Notes: generated by a model not told the origin, from the letters alone. Shown: positions 1 through 9,157, numbered from the stretch's first letter. The stretch is 39,413 nucleotides of DNA from an uncultured Acidobacteriota bacterium (GCA_913043225.1 CAJWLU010000029.1:1-39413); one strand, 5' to 3'. Program-made: numbers and translations.

Positions 1-606
1 GGCCAGACCTGCGTGTGCGCCAACCGTTTCCTGGTGCAGGACGGCGTCCACGACGCCTTCGTGGCCAAGTTCCGCTCCGCCATGGAGGAGCTGTTGGTCG
101 GCAACGGTATGGACGAGGGCGTGACCCAAACCGCGCTGATCGACCAGCAGGCAGTAGACAAGGTCACGGCACACGTCGCAGACGCCGTCGCGCAGGGTGC
201 CTCGGTTGAGTTGGGCGGTGCGCCCCACAAACTGGGGGGGACTTACTTTCAGCCGACGCTGCTGACCGGCGTCCAGCCATCCATGCGGTGTGCGCGGGAG
301 GAAACGTTCGGCCCGGTGTCGTCGGTCATCCGCTTCGAGACCGAGGCCGACGCCATCCGACTGGCCAACGACACCGAGTATGGTCTAGCAGCGTACTTCT
401 ACAGCCGGGACATCGACCGCATCTGGCGCGTGGCCGAACAAATCGAAACAGGAATCGTAGGGGTGAACGAAGGGATCATCTCGACCCCGGTGGCGCCCTT
501 TGGCGGTGTCAAGGCCTCGGGGATCGGCCGGGAAGGTTCACGCCACGGGCTCGACGAGTACACGGAGCTGAAGTATCTCTGTATGAGCCCGACCACATCC
601 GGCTGA
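1..606 (+). CDS. gabD: NAD(P)-dependent succinate-semialdehyde dehydrogenase, C-terminal part (5' truncated by the window edge)
   Basis: Frame 1 is open from base 1 and reads [10 protein letters not shown] (catalytic Cys motif), then [21 protein letters not shown] and [23 protein letters not shown], all typical of GabD-type aldehyde dehydrogenases. Stop TGA at 604-606. Confidence 0.9.
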   Translation, partial: GQTCVCANRFLVQDGVHDAFVAKFRSAMEELLVGNGMDEGVTQTALIDQQAVDKVTAHVADAVAQGASVELGGAPHKLGGTYFQPTLLTGVQPSMRCAREETFGPVSSVIRFETEADAIRLANDTEYGLAAYFYSRDIDRIWRVAEQIETGIVGVNEGIISTPVAPFGGVKASGIGREGSRHGLDEYTELKYLCMSPTTSG

Positions 607-667
607 TCAGCCGGGTAAGCGTGATCCGGCTCCTGTTGTCTGAAGCCAAGTAAAGGAGACCAAGAAC

Positions 668-1216
668 ATGAAACGCGGAGTCTTGTTCGTCGTCGGATTG
701 AGCCTGGTGGCCACGGGCGCCTTTGCCCAGAACCAGGCTGCCATCGACAAGGCGCTGATGGCGGCGCCGAATCGCGCCAAGGAAGGCGCTGGCGTCATCA
801 GCTGGAACGCCAGCGGCAACCGGGTGGTGCTCAAGGAGAGCACCAACGGCATGGTCTGCTACGACCGCTCAGACAACCCCGGCACGCGGCCCTTTGCGGT
901 GCAGTGCACCGACCAGGGCAACCTCGACCGGGCCGAGCAGACGCTGAAAGCATATGCGGACGGCGGCGACCGGCAATCAGGCCAGAAGCTGCTAGACGCC
1001 ATGGAAGAGAACGGCACCAGGATCGCGCCGATCTACGGGTCGCTCTGGCACACCATGAACGGAGACGACGCCGCCAGCGCCGGCACCCACATCACCATCG
1101 CCGTGCCCGGCGCCACCGCTGCCGACCTCGGCATCCCAGAAGGCAACAGCGCGACGCTGATGTGGATCATGGACGCTGGCACCTCCACCGCCCACTTGAT
1201 GCTTCCGGGACGGTAG
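668..1216 (+). CDS. Secreted hypothetical protein (182 aa)
   Basis: AAGGAG SD-like motif upstream of the ATG. Signal peptide MKRGVLFVVGLSLVATGAFA|Q. Two Cys and a C-terminal WIM..GT..AHLMLP motif. Confidence 0.8.
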   Translation: MKRGVLFVVGLSLVATGAFAQNQAAIDKALMAAPNRAKEGAGVISWNASGNRVVLKESTNGMVCYDRSDNPGTRPFAVQCTDQGNLDRAEQTLKAYADGGDRQSGQKLLDAMEENGTRIAPIYGSLWHTMNGDDAASAGTHITIAVPGATAADLGIPEGNSATLMWIMDAGTSTAHLMLPGR

Positions 1217-1267
1217 GGTAACGGAGGCTAGCGGTCGCGCCAGGGTGCACGCGGAGGGACGGCCCGT

Positions 1268-2065
1268 TCAGCCTCGGGCAGCCTTCAACATCTCGACGAG
1301 GGCGGTCCGAACCTCCCGCGTGGTCGACATCTCGACCGGGAACGCGACCCGCACCGGTCGCGGTCCGTCCGGTGTGATCGCCGACATCTCGAACCCGTAG
1401 CGATCCACCCCGGTCATGCTGGCCTCGGCAATGCCGCTCGCTCGTGAATAGGCGTTGCAGTAGAGCGGCAGCGCATCAGCATGGTCGTCGTTCATGTGGG
1501 CGATGATGCCAGCGGCCGCCGAGGCGAGCGGGTCCGGCTCCGCCGCATGCCAGTCGGCCGCCTCGACCCACGACATTCGGCCATAGCCGCCGATATAGCG
1601 CACCGACATCACGCGCAGTTTCCAGAACGCGAAGTCACCAAAATCCACGTAATACGCTGCGTTGGGATGGGTGGCGAGAAATGCCTCACGCTCCGCTCCG
1701 CTGTCTTCAGCGACCCGGGAGCACGGCCCGAGCAGAGTCACCCGCCCGTTGGCCAGCGGATCCTCCTGCTCCCGTTCGGCCACCAGCAGCGAGGCGCGCT
1801 CGTCGTGCTGGAGGTTCCGGGTATGCTCGGCCATCGTGCTCACGAGAAACACCGGGTCGCCGGCGTCGAAGGCCATGGTCACGAACGAACCGTACGGATA
1901 ACCCTCGGGGTCGGTGGAGAGTGTCGCGAGCGTACCGGTCGTGAGACGGGCCGCTAGCGTCCGTGCCCGCTCGGCGTGCGACGGGGTCGGAATATTGGGA
2001 TCATAGAGCGGCTCGGCCGAAGCCGGCACAGGGCGCGCGTGGACCGAGTCGTCAGAGGAGGACAC
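1268..2065 (-). CDS. HugZ/pyridoxamine-5'-phosphate-oxidase-like split-barrel protein with C-terminal DUF2470 domain
   Basis: Motifs GTLATLS..GYPYGSFV, S.MAEHTRNL..D.RASLLV, RVTLLG, YVDFGDF, RYIGGYGRMSWV, IIAHMNDDHAD and GVDRYGF. Confidence 0.85.
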   Translation of the reverse strand: MSSSDDSVHARPVPASAEPLYDPNIPTPSHAERARTLAARLTTGTLATLSTDPEGYPYGSFVTMAFDAGDPVFLVSTMAEHTRNLQHDERASLLVAEREQEDPLANGRVTLLGPCSRVAEDSGAEREAFLATHPNAAYYVDFGDFAFWKLRVMSVRYIGGYGRMSWVEAADWHAAEPDPLASAAAGIIAHMNDDHADALPLYCNAYSRASGIAEASMTGVDRYGFEMSAITPDGPRPVRVAFPVEMSTTREVRTALVEMLKAARG

Positions 2066-2387
2066 CTAGCAACACCTTTCCTGCCGTGAGCAGCAGCGCC
2101 ATCAGGAACGTCATCCCGAGCGAGGAGATCTCGAAATCCTCGATGAGCCGGTCAGTCAGCCACAGAAGAAACGCGTTGATCACCAAGCCGAACAGCCCCA
2201 GGGTCAGCAGCATGGGGATGAAGGCAATCAGCGCGAGCAGCCAGAAGAGCAGGTAATTCAGGAGCCCGTAGACCAGGGCGACCGTCATGGCGGTCCCGAA
2301 GGTTTTGACCCGGACTCCGGGCAAAAGCTCGGCCAGCACCCAGAGCAGGCCGGACATGACCAGCACGTCGACGAACAGAGCAGACAC
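2052..2387 (-). CDS. YvlD-like 4-TM membrane protein (Phage_holin_4_2 family)
   Basis: Motifs LLPGVRVKTFGTA..VALVYGLLN and P.LLTLGLFGLVINAFLLWLT..L.EDFEI. GGGAG upstream of the GTG. Overlaps the next gene by 14 nt. Confidence 0.85.
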   Translation of the reverse strand: MSALFVDVLVMSGLLWVLAELLPGVRVKTFGTAMTVALVYGLLNYLLFWLLALIAFIPMLLTLGLFGLVINAFLLWLTDRLIEDFEISSLGMTFLMALLLTAGKVLLGVLL

Positions 2388-2413
2388 GATGCACGCTCCC
2401 GACGGCGAGACGA

Positions 2414-2438
2414 CCGGGCCCGCCCCGAGCGGGCCCGG
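2414..2438. terminator. Perfect 10-bp GC hairpin (CCGGGCCCGC-cccga-GCGGGCCCGG); possible terminator or mRNA-stabilising stem
   Basis: Inverted repeat read directly, about 40 nt downstream of the DUF2911 stop. No U-tract, so termination is uncertain. Confidence 0.4.
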
Positions 2439-2477
2439 CCACCAGGTATGCGAGTGCGCCGCCGTCCAGGCGGGGCG

Positions 2478-3101
2478 CTAGTTGGCGACCTGGAACGGGA
2501 TGGTCGCGATCTTAGTGTCCCACCAGACGGTGAGGTTCCCGCCCTGCTGGCTCATATCGGTGAACGTGATGATCAGCTGGTCTGCGCTGACCGGATGCTC
2601 ACTGATCGTCATCTCGGCCCGTAGGGCGTCCAAGTCCGTCGTGTAGCCGTAACCGCCCCAGACTGCGTTCGGCGTCTCTTCCCGGAAGCTCTGCTTGGCG
2701 CCCAGGTTCGAAAAGACGAGCGTCCAGCCGTCAGCAGAGAGGTCGATGAACATGCTGTACTCACCGGCCGCCAGCGACTTGCCATCGAACACCAGGTCCG
2801 CTTCGGTGTTGATCCGGGTGGTAACGTCGGCGCCAACCCGCCAGATGGGCGCACCAGCGTAGATCCGCGTCGCGTAGTCGTCACCCTCGCCGAACATCTG
2901 CCCGTTGCGCCCACGAAGAATGGGGCGACCATAGGTGATCTCAATCCAGTTCCCACCGCTGTATCGACCCTCATCGTTGAAGCTCCCGCCGACCTGGGTC
3001 GAGGCCTGGCCGCGAGGGCTCGCGGGGCGGTCCTGCGCCTCGGCGATGCTCGCCACCAGAACCACCGCCAACACGCCGAGTCCGATCTTCGTCATCCGCA
3101 T
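2478..3101 (-). CDS. DUF2911 family exported protein
   Basis: Signal peptide ending ASIAEA|Q. Motifs RPASPRG, IEITYGRP..RGR, WRVGAD.TT, L.AGEYSMF and VWWD. Start placed at ATG 3101 because AGGAG lies 7 nt upstream; the ORF is open to 3116. Confidence 0.85.
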   Translation of the reverse strand: MRMTKIGLGVLAVVLVASIAEAQDRPASPRGQASTQVGGSFNDEGRYSGGNWIEITYGRPILRGRNGQMFGEGDDYATRIYAGAPIWRVGADVTTRINTEADLVFDGKSLAAGEYSMFIDLSADGWTLVFSNLGAKQSFREETPNAVWGGYGYTTDLDALRAEMTISEHPVSADQLIITFTDMSQQGGNLTVWWDTKIATIPFQVAN

Positions 3102-3161
3102 CCTTTTTCTCCTCATAAGACGAACCGCCTGTTCCAGAGACCGCTATTCTCGCCCTACCGT

Positions 3162-4805
3162 TTACGACCGGGTCAAAGTGACAGGTCGAGTTTCCATGAG
3201 TGGTGTGAAGAAGTCGTTACCCTTGTCGTCGATGACGATGAATGCGGGAAAGTCTTCGACCTCGATCCTCCAAATCGCCTCCATTCCCAGCTCCGGATAC
3301 TCGTGCACCTCGACCTTCTTGATGCTGTGGTCGGCGAGACGGGCCGCCGGGCCACCGATCGACCCGAGATAGAACCCGCCATGACGCCCGCACGCCTCGC
3401 GGACGGCGGCCGAACGATTCCCTTTTGCCAGCATCACCATGCTGCCGCCCCGGCTCTGGAACAGATCGACATACGAATCCATCCGTCCGGCCGTAGTCGG
3501 ACCAAACGAGCCAGACGGACGCCCTTCGGGACGCTTAGCCGGTCCGGCGTAGTAGATCGGGTGGTCCTTGAAGTACTGCGGCAGATCTTCACCCTGCTCA
3601 AGACGCTCTTTGAGCTTCGCGTGCGCAATGTCGCGCGCCACGATCACCGGCCCACGGAGCGACAGTCGCGTGGCAACCGGGTACCGACTGAGCTCGGCCA
3701 GGATCTCCGGCATCGGGCGGTTCAGATCAACACGCACGACCTCACCCTCGAGTTCGTCCGGCGTAACTTCGGGCATGAAGCGGGCAGGGTTCTCCTCGAG
3801 CTCCTCGAGAAACACCCCGTCGCGCGTGATCTTGGCTATCGCCTGCCGGTCGGCCGAGCAGGACACCCCAAGGCCGATCGGGCACGAGGCCCCATGCCGC
3901 GGCAACCGGATGACCCGTACGTCGTGGGCGAAGTACTTGCCCCCAAACTGGGCACCGATCCCGATGTTGCGGCAGATGTCGAAGATCTGCTGCTCGAGCT
4001 CGAGATCGCGGAACGCCCGACCATGTTCGTTCCCACTGGACGGCAGCGAATCCAGGTAGTGGGTACTGGCCAGCTTGACGGTCTTGAGCGTGAACTCGGC
4101 CGAAGGACCCCCGATGACGAGCGCGAGGTGGTACGGCGGGCACGCAGCGGTACCGATGCTCCGCATCTTCTCCTCGGCAAACGCGAGCAGCGACTTCGGG
4201 TTCAACAGCGCCTTGGTTTCCTGATACAAAAACGACTTATTGGCCGAGCCGCCGCCCTTGGCAATGAACAACAGCTCGTACTCGTCGCCCGGCTCCGCAT
4301 ACAGCTCGATCTGCGCCGGGAGGTTCGAGCCGGTGTTCTTCTCGGTGTACATGTCGAGCGGAGCCATCTGCGAATAGCGAAGGTTCCGCTGGTCGTAGGC
4401 GTCGAACACCCCTTGTGACAACGCCTCGGCATCGTCTCCGGCCGTCACAACGTTCTGCCCTTTGTGTCCGATCACAATCGCGGTACCAGTGTCCTGACAG
4501 CCCGGAAGCACCCGTCCCGCCGCGATGTTCGCGTTTCGGAGCAGTTCGAGCGCCACGAAACGGTCATTGGCCGACGATTCCGGGTCGTCGAGAATAGACC
4601 GCAACTGGGCCAGGTGCGACGCCCGCAGGAGGTGGGCGATGTCGTCGAACGCCGTGCGGGCCACGAGCCGGAGCACGTCAGGGTCAACCACGAGCAGCTC
4701 GCGTCCGTTCATCGAGGTGGTGGATACCCCGTCGGTCGTGAGCTGCCGGTACTCGGTCTGGTCCGGTCCAAGTTCGAACAGTGGTTGATAGTGAAAGTCG
4801 GCCAT
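3162..4805 (-). CDS. fumA: Class I (Fe-S) fumarate hydratase, FumA/FumB type
   Basis: Motifs [69 protein letters not shown] and [14 protein letters not shown]. Alternative GTG start at 4811. Confidence 0.95.
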   Translation of the reverse strand: MADFHYQPLFELGPDQTEYRQLTTDGVSTTSMNGRELLVVDPDVLRLVARTAFDDIAHLLRASHLAQLRSILDDPESSANDRFVALELLRNANIAAGRVLPGCQDTGTAIVIGHKGQNVVTAGDDAEALSQGVFDAYDQRNLRYSQMAPLDMYTEKNTGSNLPAQIELYAEPGDEYELLFIAKGGGSANKSFLYQETKALLNPKSLLAFAEEKMRSIGTAACPPYHLALVIGGPSAEFTLKTVKLASTHYLDSLPSSGNEHGRAFRDLELEQQIFDICRNIGIGAQFGGKYFAHDVRVIRLPRHGASCPIGLGVSCSADRQAIAKITRDGVFLEELEENPARFMPEVTPDELEGEVVRVDLNRPMPEILAELSRYPVATRLSLRGPVIVARDIAHAKLKERLEQGEDLPQYFKDHPIYYAGPAKRPEGRPSGSFGPTTAGRMDSYVDLFQSRGGSMVMLAKGNRSAAVREACGRHGGFYLGSIGGPAARLADHSIKKVEVHEYPELGMEAIWRIEVEDFPAFIVIDDKGNDFFTPLMETRPVTLTRS

Positions 4806-4875
4806 GATCACTGTTTTGCGACGTTGCTGATCTGGAGTTAGGTCTCCACCCCGGCGCCGGAGGACGGTCTCTCAG

Positions 4876-4881
4876 TATAAT
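4876..4881 (+). promoter_or_regulatory. Candidate sigma70-type -10 element (TATAAT) for the M48 peptidase gene
   Basis: Perfect TATAAT in a GC-rich divergent intergenic region, 36 nt before ATG 4918. No recognisable -35. Confidence 0.5.
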
Positions 4882-4917
4882 CTGGTCCGCGTCGCCACCT
4901 CCGAACTCCAAGCAGTC

Positions 4918-6180
4918 ATGTCCCTGAACCTATACGCCCTGGTCGCGCTGACCGCGCTCCTGGGGGAGCTGGCGTTGACGGCGGTTGCCGGACTGCTCAA
5001 CGTCCGGGCAATCTCCGGCGCGGTTCCGGACGAGTTTCGAGACGTCTTTGACCCGGATACCTATGCCCGGTCGCAGGCCTACACGAAAGCCCGGACCCGC
5101 CTCGACCTGATGCAGTCCGCGACCAGCCTCGCGGTACTGCTGGCCTTCTGGTTCGCGGGTGGATTCGGCTGGCTAGACGGGCTGGCGCGTTCGGCAGAAC
5201 TGGGGTCAGTGGCTACGGGCCTGCTCTTCATCGGCGGGCTCACGTTCGGCTCGGCCGCGCTGGGGCTGCCGTTTCGGGTCTACGGAACATTCGTCGTCGA
5301 AGAACGATTCGGTTTCAACCGAACGACCGCCGGCACCTTCGTGGCCGACCTAGTCAAAGGCCTCGTCCTGAGCGTCCTCCTGGGCGGAGCGCTGCTGGGA
5401 GCCATCCTGTTCTTCTTCGATTGGGCGGGCCCGCGTGCCTGGCTCTGGTGCTGGACGATCACCACGGTGTTCATGCTGGTAGCCCAGTTTGTGGCGCCTA
5501 CCTGGATTCTGCCGCTCTTCAACACCTTCAGGCCCCTCGGCGAGGGAGAGCTAAAGACGGCCCTAGTCGACTACGCACGCTCCGTACGATTCCCGTTGAG
5601 CGAGATCTTCGTGGTCGACGGCTCACGCCGCTCCGCCAAGGCTAACGCCTTCTTCACCGGTTTCGGCGGCCGCAAGCGGATCGGGCTGTTCGACACCCTG
5701 GTGGACCAGCAGTCCACCTCGGAACTGGTCGCGGTGGTCGCCCACGAGGTCGGGCACTACAAACGCGGCCACCTACTGAAGGGCCTTCTGCTCCGTCTCG
5801 CCCACTCGGCGGTCCTCTTCTGGCTACTGTCGCTGTTTCTTGACCGACAGGGTCTGTTCGACGCCTTCGGCGTCGCCGACCCATCGGTGCATGCCGGGCT
5901 CGTGCTCTTCGGGATGCTGTTTACGCCGATCGAGCTCGTCCTCTCACTGGTGGTCAACCGCTTCTCTCGTCGGTACGAATTCGAGGCGGACGCGTTCGCG
6001 GTCGAAACCACCGGACAGGCGGTGCCGCTGATCTCAGCGCTCAAGAAACTCTCGGCCGACAGCCTGTCGAACCTGACGCCACACCCGCTCCATGTGCTGC
6101 TGCGCTACTCCCATCCCCCAGTCCTAGAGCGCGTGGCCGCGCTCCGCGCCCTGGATCCGACACGACAGCCTGCGGGGTGA
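4918..6180 (+). CDS. M48A/STE24-like membrane zinc metalloprotease
   Basis: Multiple TM helices. Motifs TFVVEERFGFNRTT, VDGSRRS.KANAFFTGFG..KRI.LFDTL, HEVGH zinc motif, SRRYEFEAD and YSHPP..ER. Confidence 0.92.
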   Translation: MSLNLYALVALTALLGELALTAVAGLLNVRAISGAVPDEFRDVFDPDTYARSQAYTKARTRLDLMQSATSLAVLLAFWFAGGFGWLDGLARSAELGSVATGLLFIGGLTFGSAALGLPFRVYGTFVVEERFGFNRTTAGTFVADLVKGLVLSVLLGGALLGAILFFFDWAGPRAWLWCWTITTVFMLVAQFVAPTWILPLFNTFRPLGEGELKTALVDYARSVRFPLSEIFVVDGSRRSAKANAFFTGFGGRKRIGLFDTLVDQQSTSELVAVVAHEVGHYKRGHLLKGLLLRLAHSAVLFWLLSLFLDRQGLFDAFGVADPSVHAGLVLFGMLFTPIELVLSLVVNRFSRRYEFEADAFAVETTGQAVPLISALKKLSADSLSNLTPHPLHVLLRYSHPPVLERVAALRALDPTRQPAG

Positions 6181-6288
6181 GTCAGGCGACGGCCGGCTCT
6201 CGCGGCGCGCGAACCTGTCGATGGCGAGCGGGGCGCACGGGGCAACACCGGATCCCACGCCCATCGCCTCCTGGTGGGTAACGGCGGT

Positions 6289-7506
6289 TCAGCCGCCAAT
6301 CCGATACAAGTGGGTCCCGGTCCGGATGAAGAACGAGCCGGCCGCGACCGCCGGCGACGCCAGCGTGACGCCATCAAGTTCATTGACGGCCAGCTCCAGA
6401 TAGCTGTTCCCTAGAGCGACCACGGTGGTGACGCCTTCCTCGCTCTGGAAGTAAATCCGACCGTCGGCAAAGACAGGCGAGGCCGAGTAGTTGCCTCCGA
6501 GACGATGCTGCCACTGCACCTCACCCGTGCGGGCGTCGACGCAGGTGGCCACCCCGAGGTCGCTCACCAAGTAGAGGAGGTCATCGACAAGCAGAGGTGA
6601 CGGCGTGTGCGGCGCGCCACGCCGGAGGGTCCAGGCGGTGTGACTCGCGGTAACATCTCCGCGACCGTCGGCGCGCACGGCCAAGAGCGAGGGCACCTGG
6701 AACCCGGTCGCGATGTAGACCAGCCCGTGTCCGTAGACGGGAGCGGGCACGTTGGAGAATCCGTCTCCGTAAGACACTTCCCAGACCTCGGCGCCCGTGT
6801 CCGGATCATAGGCAGTGGTGCGAAATGCGCCGATGCTGACCAGTTGCGACTGCCCGTCGACCTCGATCGCCAGGGGTGTCGAGTAAGCCTGTGATACCGG
6901 CGCCCGCCGCAGCGTCCTCCACCGCTCTTCACCAGACTCGGCATCGAGCGAGACGACATACGCGGTGTCGTAGCCATCGATGCTGAGAAAGAGGTGCCCA
7001 TCGTAGAGGAGAGGCGACCCACCGTTGCCATGCTGGGTCACGTACGGAAACCGGGCGGCCCAAACGCGCTCCCCGGCAGTGGTGAGGGCGGCGGTGCCGT
7101 CGGCGCCGAAGTGCACGTAGACGCGGTCCCCGTCGACAATCGGGGTGGGCGAGGCCAAGCTGTTCTTGGGATTGGGGGATGCGGCCACGTCGACCCGGAA
7201 CACCTCGACGTCGAGGACGGGGTCGCCCGACTCGATGTCGAAGGCGAGTAGTCGAAGGGAGCCGGCGTCGTCGCCGGTTGCGGTGGTCAGCCAGACCTGC
7301 CCATCAGCCACCACCGGTGAGGACCAGCCGCGGCCCGGCACCGGGACCTTCCAGTGGACGTTGGCGGTCTCGCTCCACTCGACGACGAGGTCGCGTTCGG
7401 TCGAATGGCCCTGACCGGTCGGACCCCGGAACGCCGGCCAGTCGTTCGCGCTGGCCTCTCCGAGTGCGAGCGCCAGCATTACCAGCCCCGCGAGCAGCCT
7501 TGCCAT
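6289..7506 (-). CDS. Exported PQQ-like (BamB-like) beta-propeller repeat protein
   Basis: Signal peptide followed by NDWPAFRGP.GQG and WKVPVPGRGWSSPVV, repeated SP..xDG / D..TG..xW blade motifs, and C-terminal HLYRIG. ATG 7506 preferred (TAGAAT 7 nt upstream); ORF open to 7527. Confidence 0.85.
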   Translation of the reverse strand: MARLLAGLVMLALALGEASANDWPAFRGPTGQGHSTERDLVVEWSETANVHWKVPVPGRGWSSPVVADGQVWLTTATGDDAGSLRLLAFDIESGDPVLDVEVFRVDVAASPNPKNSLASPTPIVDGDRVYVHFGADGTAALTTAGERVWAARFPYVTQHGNGGSPLLYDGHLFLSIDGYDTAYVVSLDAESGEERWRTLRRAPVSQAYSTPLAIEVDGQSQLVSIGAFRTTAYDPDTGAEVWEVSYGDGFSNVPAPVYGHGLVYIATGFQVPSLLAVRADGRGDVTASHTAWTLRRGAPHTPSPLLVDDLLYLVSDLGVATCVDARTGEVQWQHRLGGNYSASPVFADGRIYFQSEEGVTTVVALGNSYLELAVNELDGVTLASPAVAAGSFFIRTGTHLYRIGG

Positions 7507-7513
7507 GATGGCT

Positions 7514-7519
7514 ATTCTA
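7514..7519 (-). promoter_or_regulatory. Candidate -10 (TAGAAT) for a leaderless transcript starting at ATG 7506
   Basis: TAGAAT + 7 nt + ATG on the minus strand, with no SD sequence. Confidence 0.5.
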
Positions 7520-7637
7520 CAGGTCACAGCCCAAACCTTTCCGGCTGCTCTACGTCGATCGGCTCAAGAGGACCGACGAAAGTCCCGCAGGGCGACACAC
7601 GCCGACCTCGCCACACTGGTGACCGGTCCTCCTGGCA

Positions 7638-7643
7638 TACACT
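7638..7643 (+). promoter_or_regulatory. Candidate -10 (TACACT) for a leaderless transcript starting at ATG 7650
   Basis: TACACT + 6 nt + ATG, with no SD sequence. Confidence 0.5.
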
Positions 7644-7649
7644 ACAGCC

Positions 7650-8345
7650 ATGTCTGTGAAACGTGCGGGCCTCTGGCTGCTTGCGCTGGGACTCGCGCTG
7701 CTCTGGGCGATGCCGCTGGCCGCACACCCCATGGATGCGGCCAACGCAGGCTTCGTCCAGTCGGTGAACGGCCCGGCACCAGGACCGTTTCTCTACCTCG
7801 GTGCGAAGCACATGGTCACCGGCTACGACCACCTGTTGTTTCTCGTGGGGGTCATCTTCTTTCTCTACCGTCTGCGCGACGTGATCCTCTACGTCAGCCT
7901 GTTCACACTCGGCCACAGCATCACGCTCTTGCTTGGCGTGCTCGCCGACCTGAACGTCAACGCGTACGTGATCGATGCCATTATCGGGCTGTCGGTCGTC
8001 TACAAGGGATTCGAGAATATCAACGGGTTCGAGCGGCTATTCGGAGTTCGACCGAACACAAAGATCGCCGTGCTGATCTTCGGCCTCTTTCATGGTCTCG
8101 GGTTGGCCACCAAGCTGCAAGAGTTCATGGTGTCGAGCGATGGCCTCGTGGCCAACATCCTGAGCTTCAACGTCGGGGTGGAGATCGGCCAAATCCTCGC
8201 GCTGGCCGGGGCCATGGCGCTACTGGGCTTTTGGCGCACTCGAGACAGCTTCGCGACCTACAGTTTCGCCACCAACACCGCACTGATGATCGGCGGCTTC
8301 CTCTTCGCCGGAGTCCAGATCGTGGACTACGTGCTGTTCTCCTGA
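7650..8345 (+). CDS. HupE/UreJ-family (HupE_UreJ_2) membrane protein, putative Ni/Co permease
   Basis: Signal ending LAA|H. Motifs G.KHM.TGYDHLLF, FTLGHSITL, FGLFHGLG and FNVGVEIGQ. Confidence 0.88.
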   Translation: MSVKRAGLWLLALGLALLWAMPLAAHPMDAANAGFVQSVNGPAPGPFLYLGAKHMVTGYDHLLFLVGVIFFLYRLRDVILYVSLFTLGHSITLLLGVLADLNVNAYVIDAIIGLSVVYKGFENINGFERLFGVRPNTKIAVLIFGLFHGLGLATKLQEFMVSSDGLVANILSFNVGVEIGQILALAGAMALLGFWRTRDSFATYSFATNTALMIGGFLFAGVQIVDYVLFS

Positions 8346-8355
8346 TCCCGAACTC

Positions 8356-8949
8356 ATGGCCAACGCCAACGCCTCTGTCTCACCATCGTCCGTAAAGAAG
8401 ATCCTTCTCTCCACCTTCGGCGCGCTGGTCGTGGCTGTCGCGCTCCTGTTCGGCGCGATCCTCCCGGCCGAGTATGGACTCGACCCGCTTGGCACCGGGA
8501 GCCTACTGGGACTCAACGCCCTCGGCCAGGAGCAACCGATCTCGACCCAGCCCGGCGAGTATCGGGTCGATTCTGGAGAACTGAGTCTGTACCCGGCCGA
8601 GTGGGTGGAGTATTTCTACCGGCTCGACGAAGGCAGTAGCATGCTCTTCAGCTGGGAAGCGAACGGACCTGTCGAGTACAACTTTCATGCTGCCCCCGAT
8701 GGCGCGCCGCCCGGGTACGCGGAGAGTTTCGACGCGCAGGCACAAAACTCGGGCTTTGGGACCTACACCGCACCGTTTGACGGTATCCACGGCTGGTACT
8801 GGGAGAACGTCGGCACCGAACCGATCACCATCTCGATCTCAACGGCCGGCTTCTACCTCAGCGTCCAGGAAGGGCGAGCTCGCGCCTCCGGTTTCAAGGA
8901 CTTGACCGACCTGCGCGGCAACCCCATCCCGCGCCAACCAGAGAACTAA
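8356..8949 (+). CDS. Membrane-anchored protein associated with HupE/UreJ genes ('transmembrane anchor' type)
   Basis: Single N-terminal TM helix, LPAEYGLDPLG.G..LGL, then a beta-rich domain with YNFH and APFDGIHGWYWEN. Starts 10 nt after the HupE-type gene. Confidence 0.8.
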   Translation: MANANASVSPSSVKKILLSTFGALVVAVALLFGAILPAEYGLDPLGTGSLLGLNALGQEQPISTQPGEYRVDSGELSLYPAEWVEYFYRLDEGSSMLFSWEANGPVEYNFHAAPDGAPPGYAESFDAQAQNSGFGTYTAPFDGIHGWYWENVGTEPITISISTAGFYLSVQEGRARASGFKDLTDLRGNPIPRQPEN

Positions 8950-8959
8950 GCGCAGCGCG

Positions 8960-9157
8960 GATGCGTCTTATTTCCCGCTCTTGGTTCGTCGACATCGTGT
9001 CGGCTCGGCCGGAGGCCTGACCCGCCTCATCGCCAGTCTGTTGTCCGGGAGCGACGCCTAGAACCCAGCTGCGTTCATGATCGTGCCACTGATGCTCACG
9101 CCCGTCGCGCTGGTGGCCGTCATGTCTCGGCCCGCCGGGCGGACTGAGGCGTCGAGA
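8960..9157 (+). pseudogene. Decayed C-terminal fragment of an ABC permease (MacB/FtsX-like, Acidobacteria ADOP type)
   Basis: The frame from 9002 reads GSAGGLTRLIASLLSGSDA*NPAAFMIVPLMLTPVALVAV, with MRL upstream and SARRA downstream in shifted frames. This resembles the ADOP C-terminal consensus (GLTRLIASLLFGVxxxDPxxFxxVPxxLxxVALxAxxxPARRA). In-frame TAG at 9059-9061. Confidence 0.6.

Noticed and set aside
599..614. Perfect 16-bp palindrome CCGGCTGATCAGCCGG over the gabD stop
   Set aside because: Single occurrence, GC-rich and no U-tract, so no function can be assigned.
2052..2387. Holin as evidence of a prophage
   Set aside because: No endolysin, integrase or structural phage genes; this family is commonly chromosomal.
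3303..4418. Long antisense/alternative-frame ORFs (e.g. 3303-4418, 14152-15261, 15122-16183, 17631-18725, 20208-21203, 25373-26440, 35922-36851)
   Set aside because: They shadow well-supported genes on the opposite strand, have no recognisable motifs, and are expected in high-GC DNA with few stop codons.
6125..6275. Minus-strand AGGAGG followed by ATG/GTG and a roughly 45-codon frame after the beta-propeller gene
   Set aside because: No recognisable protein features and it runs antisense into the M48 gene. It could be a remnant but cannot be supported.
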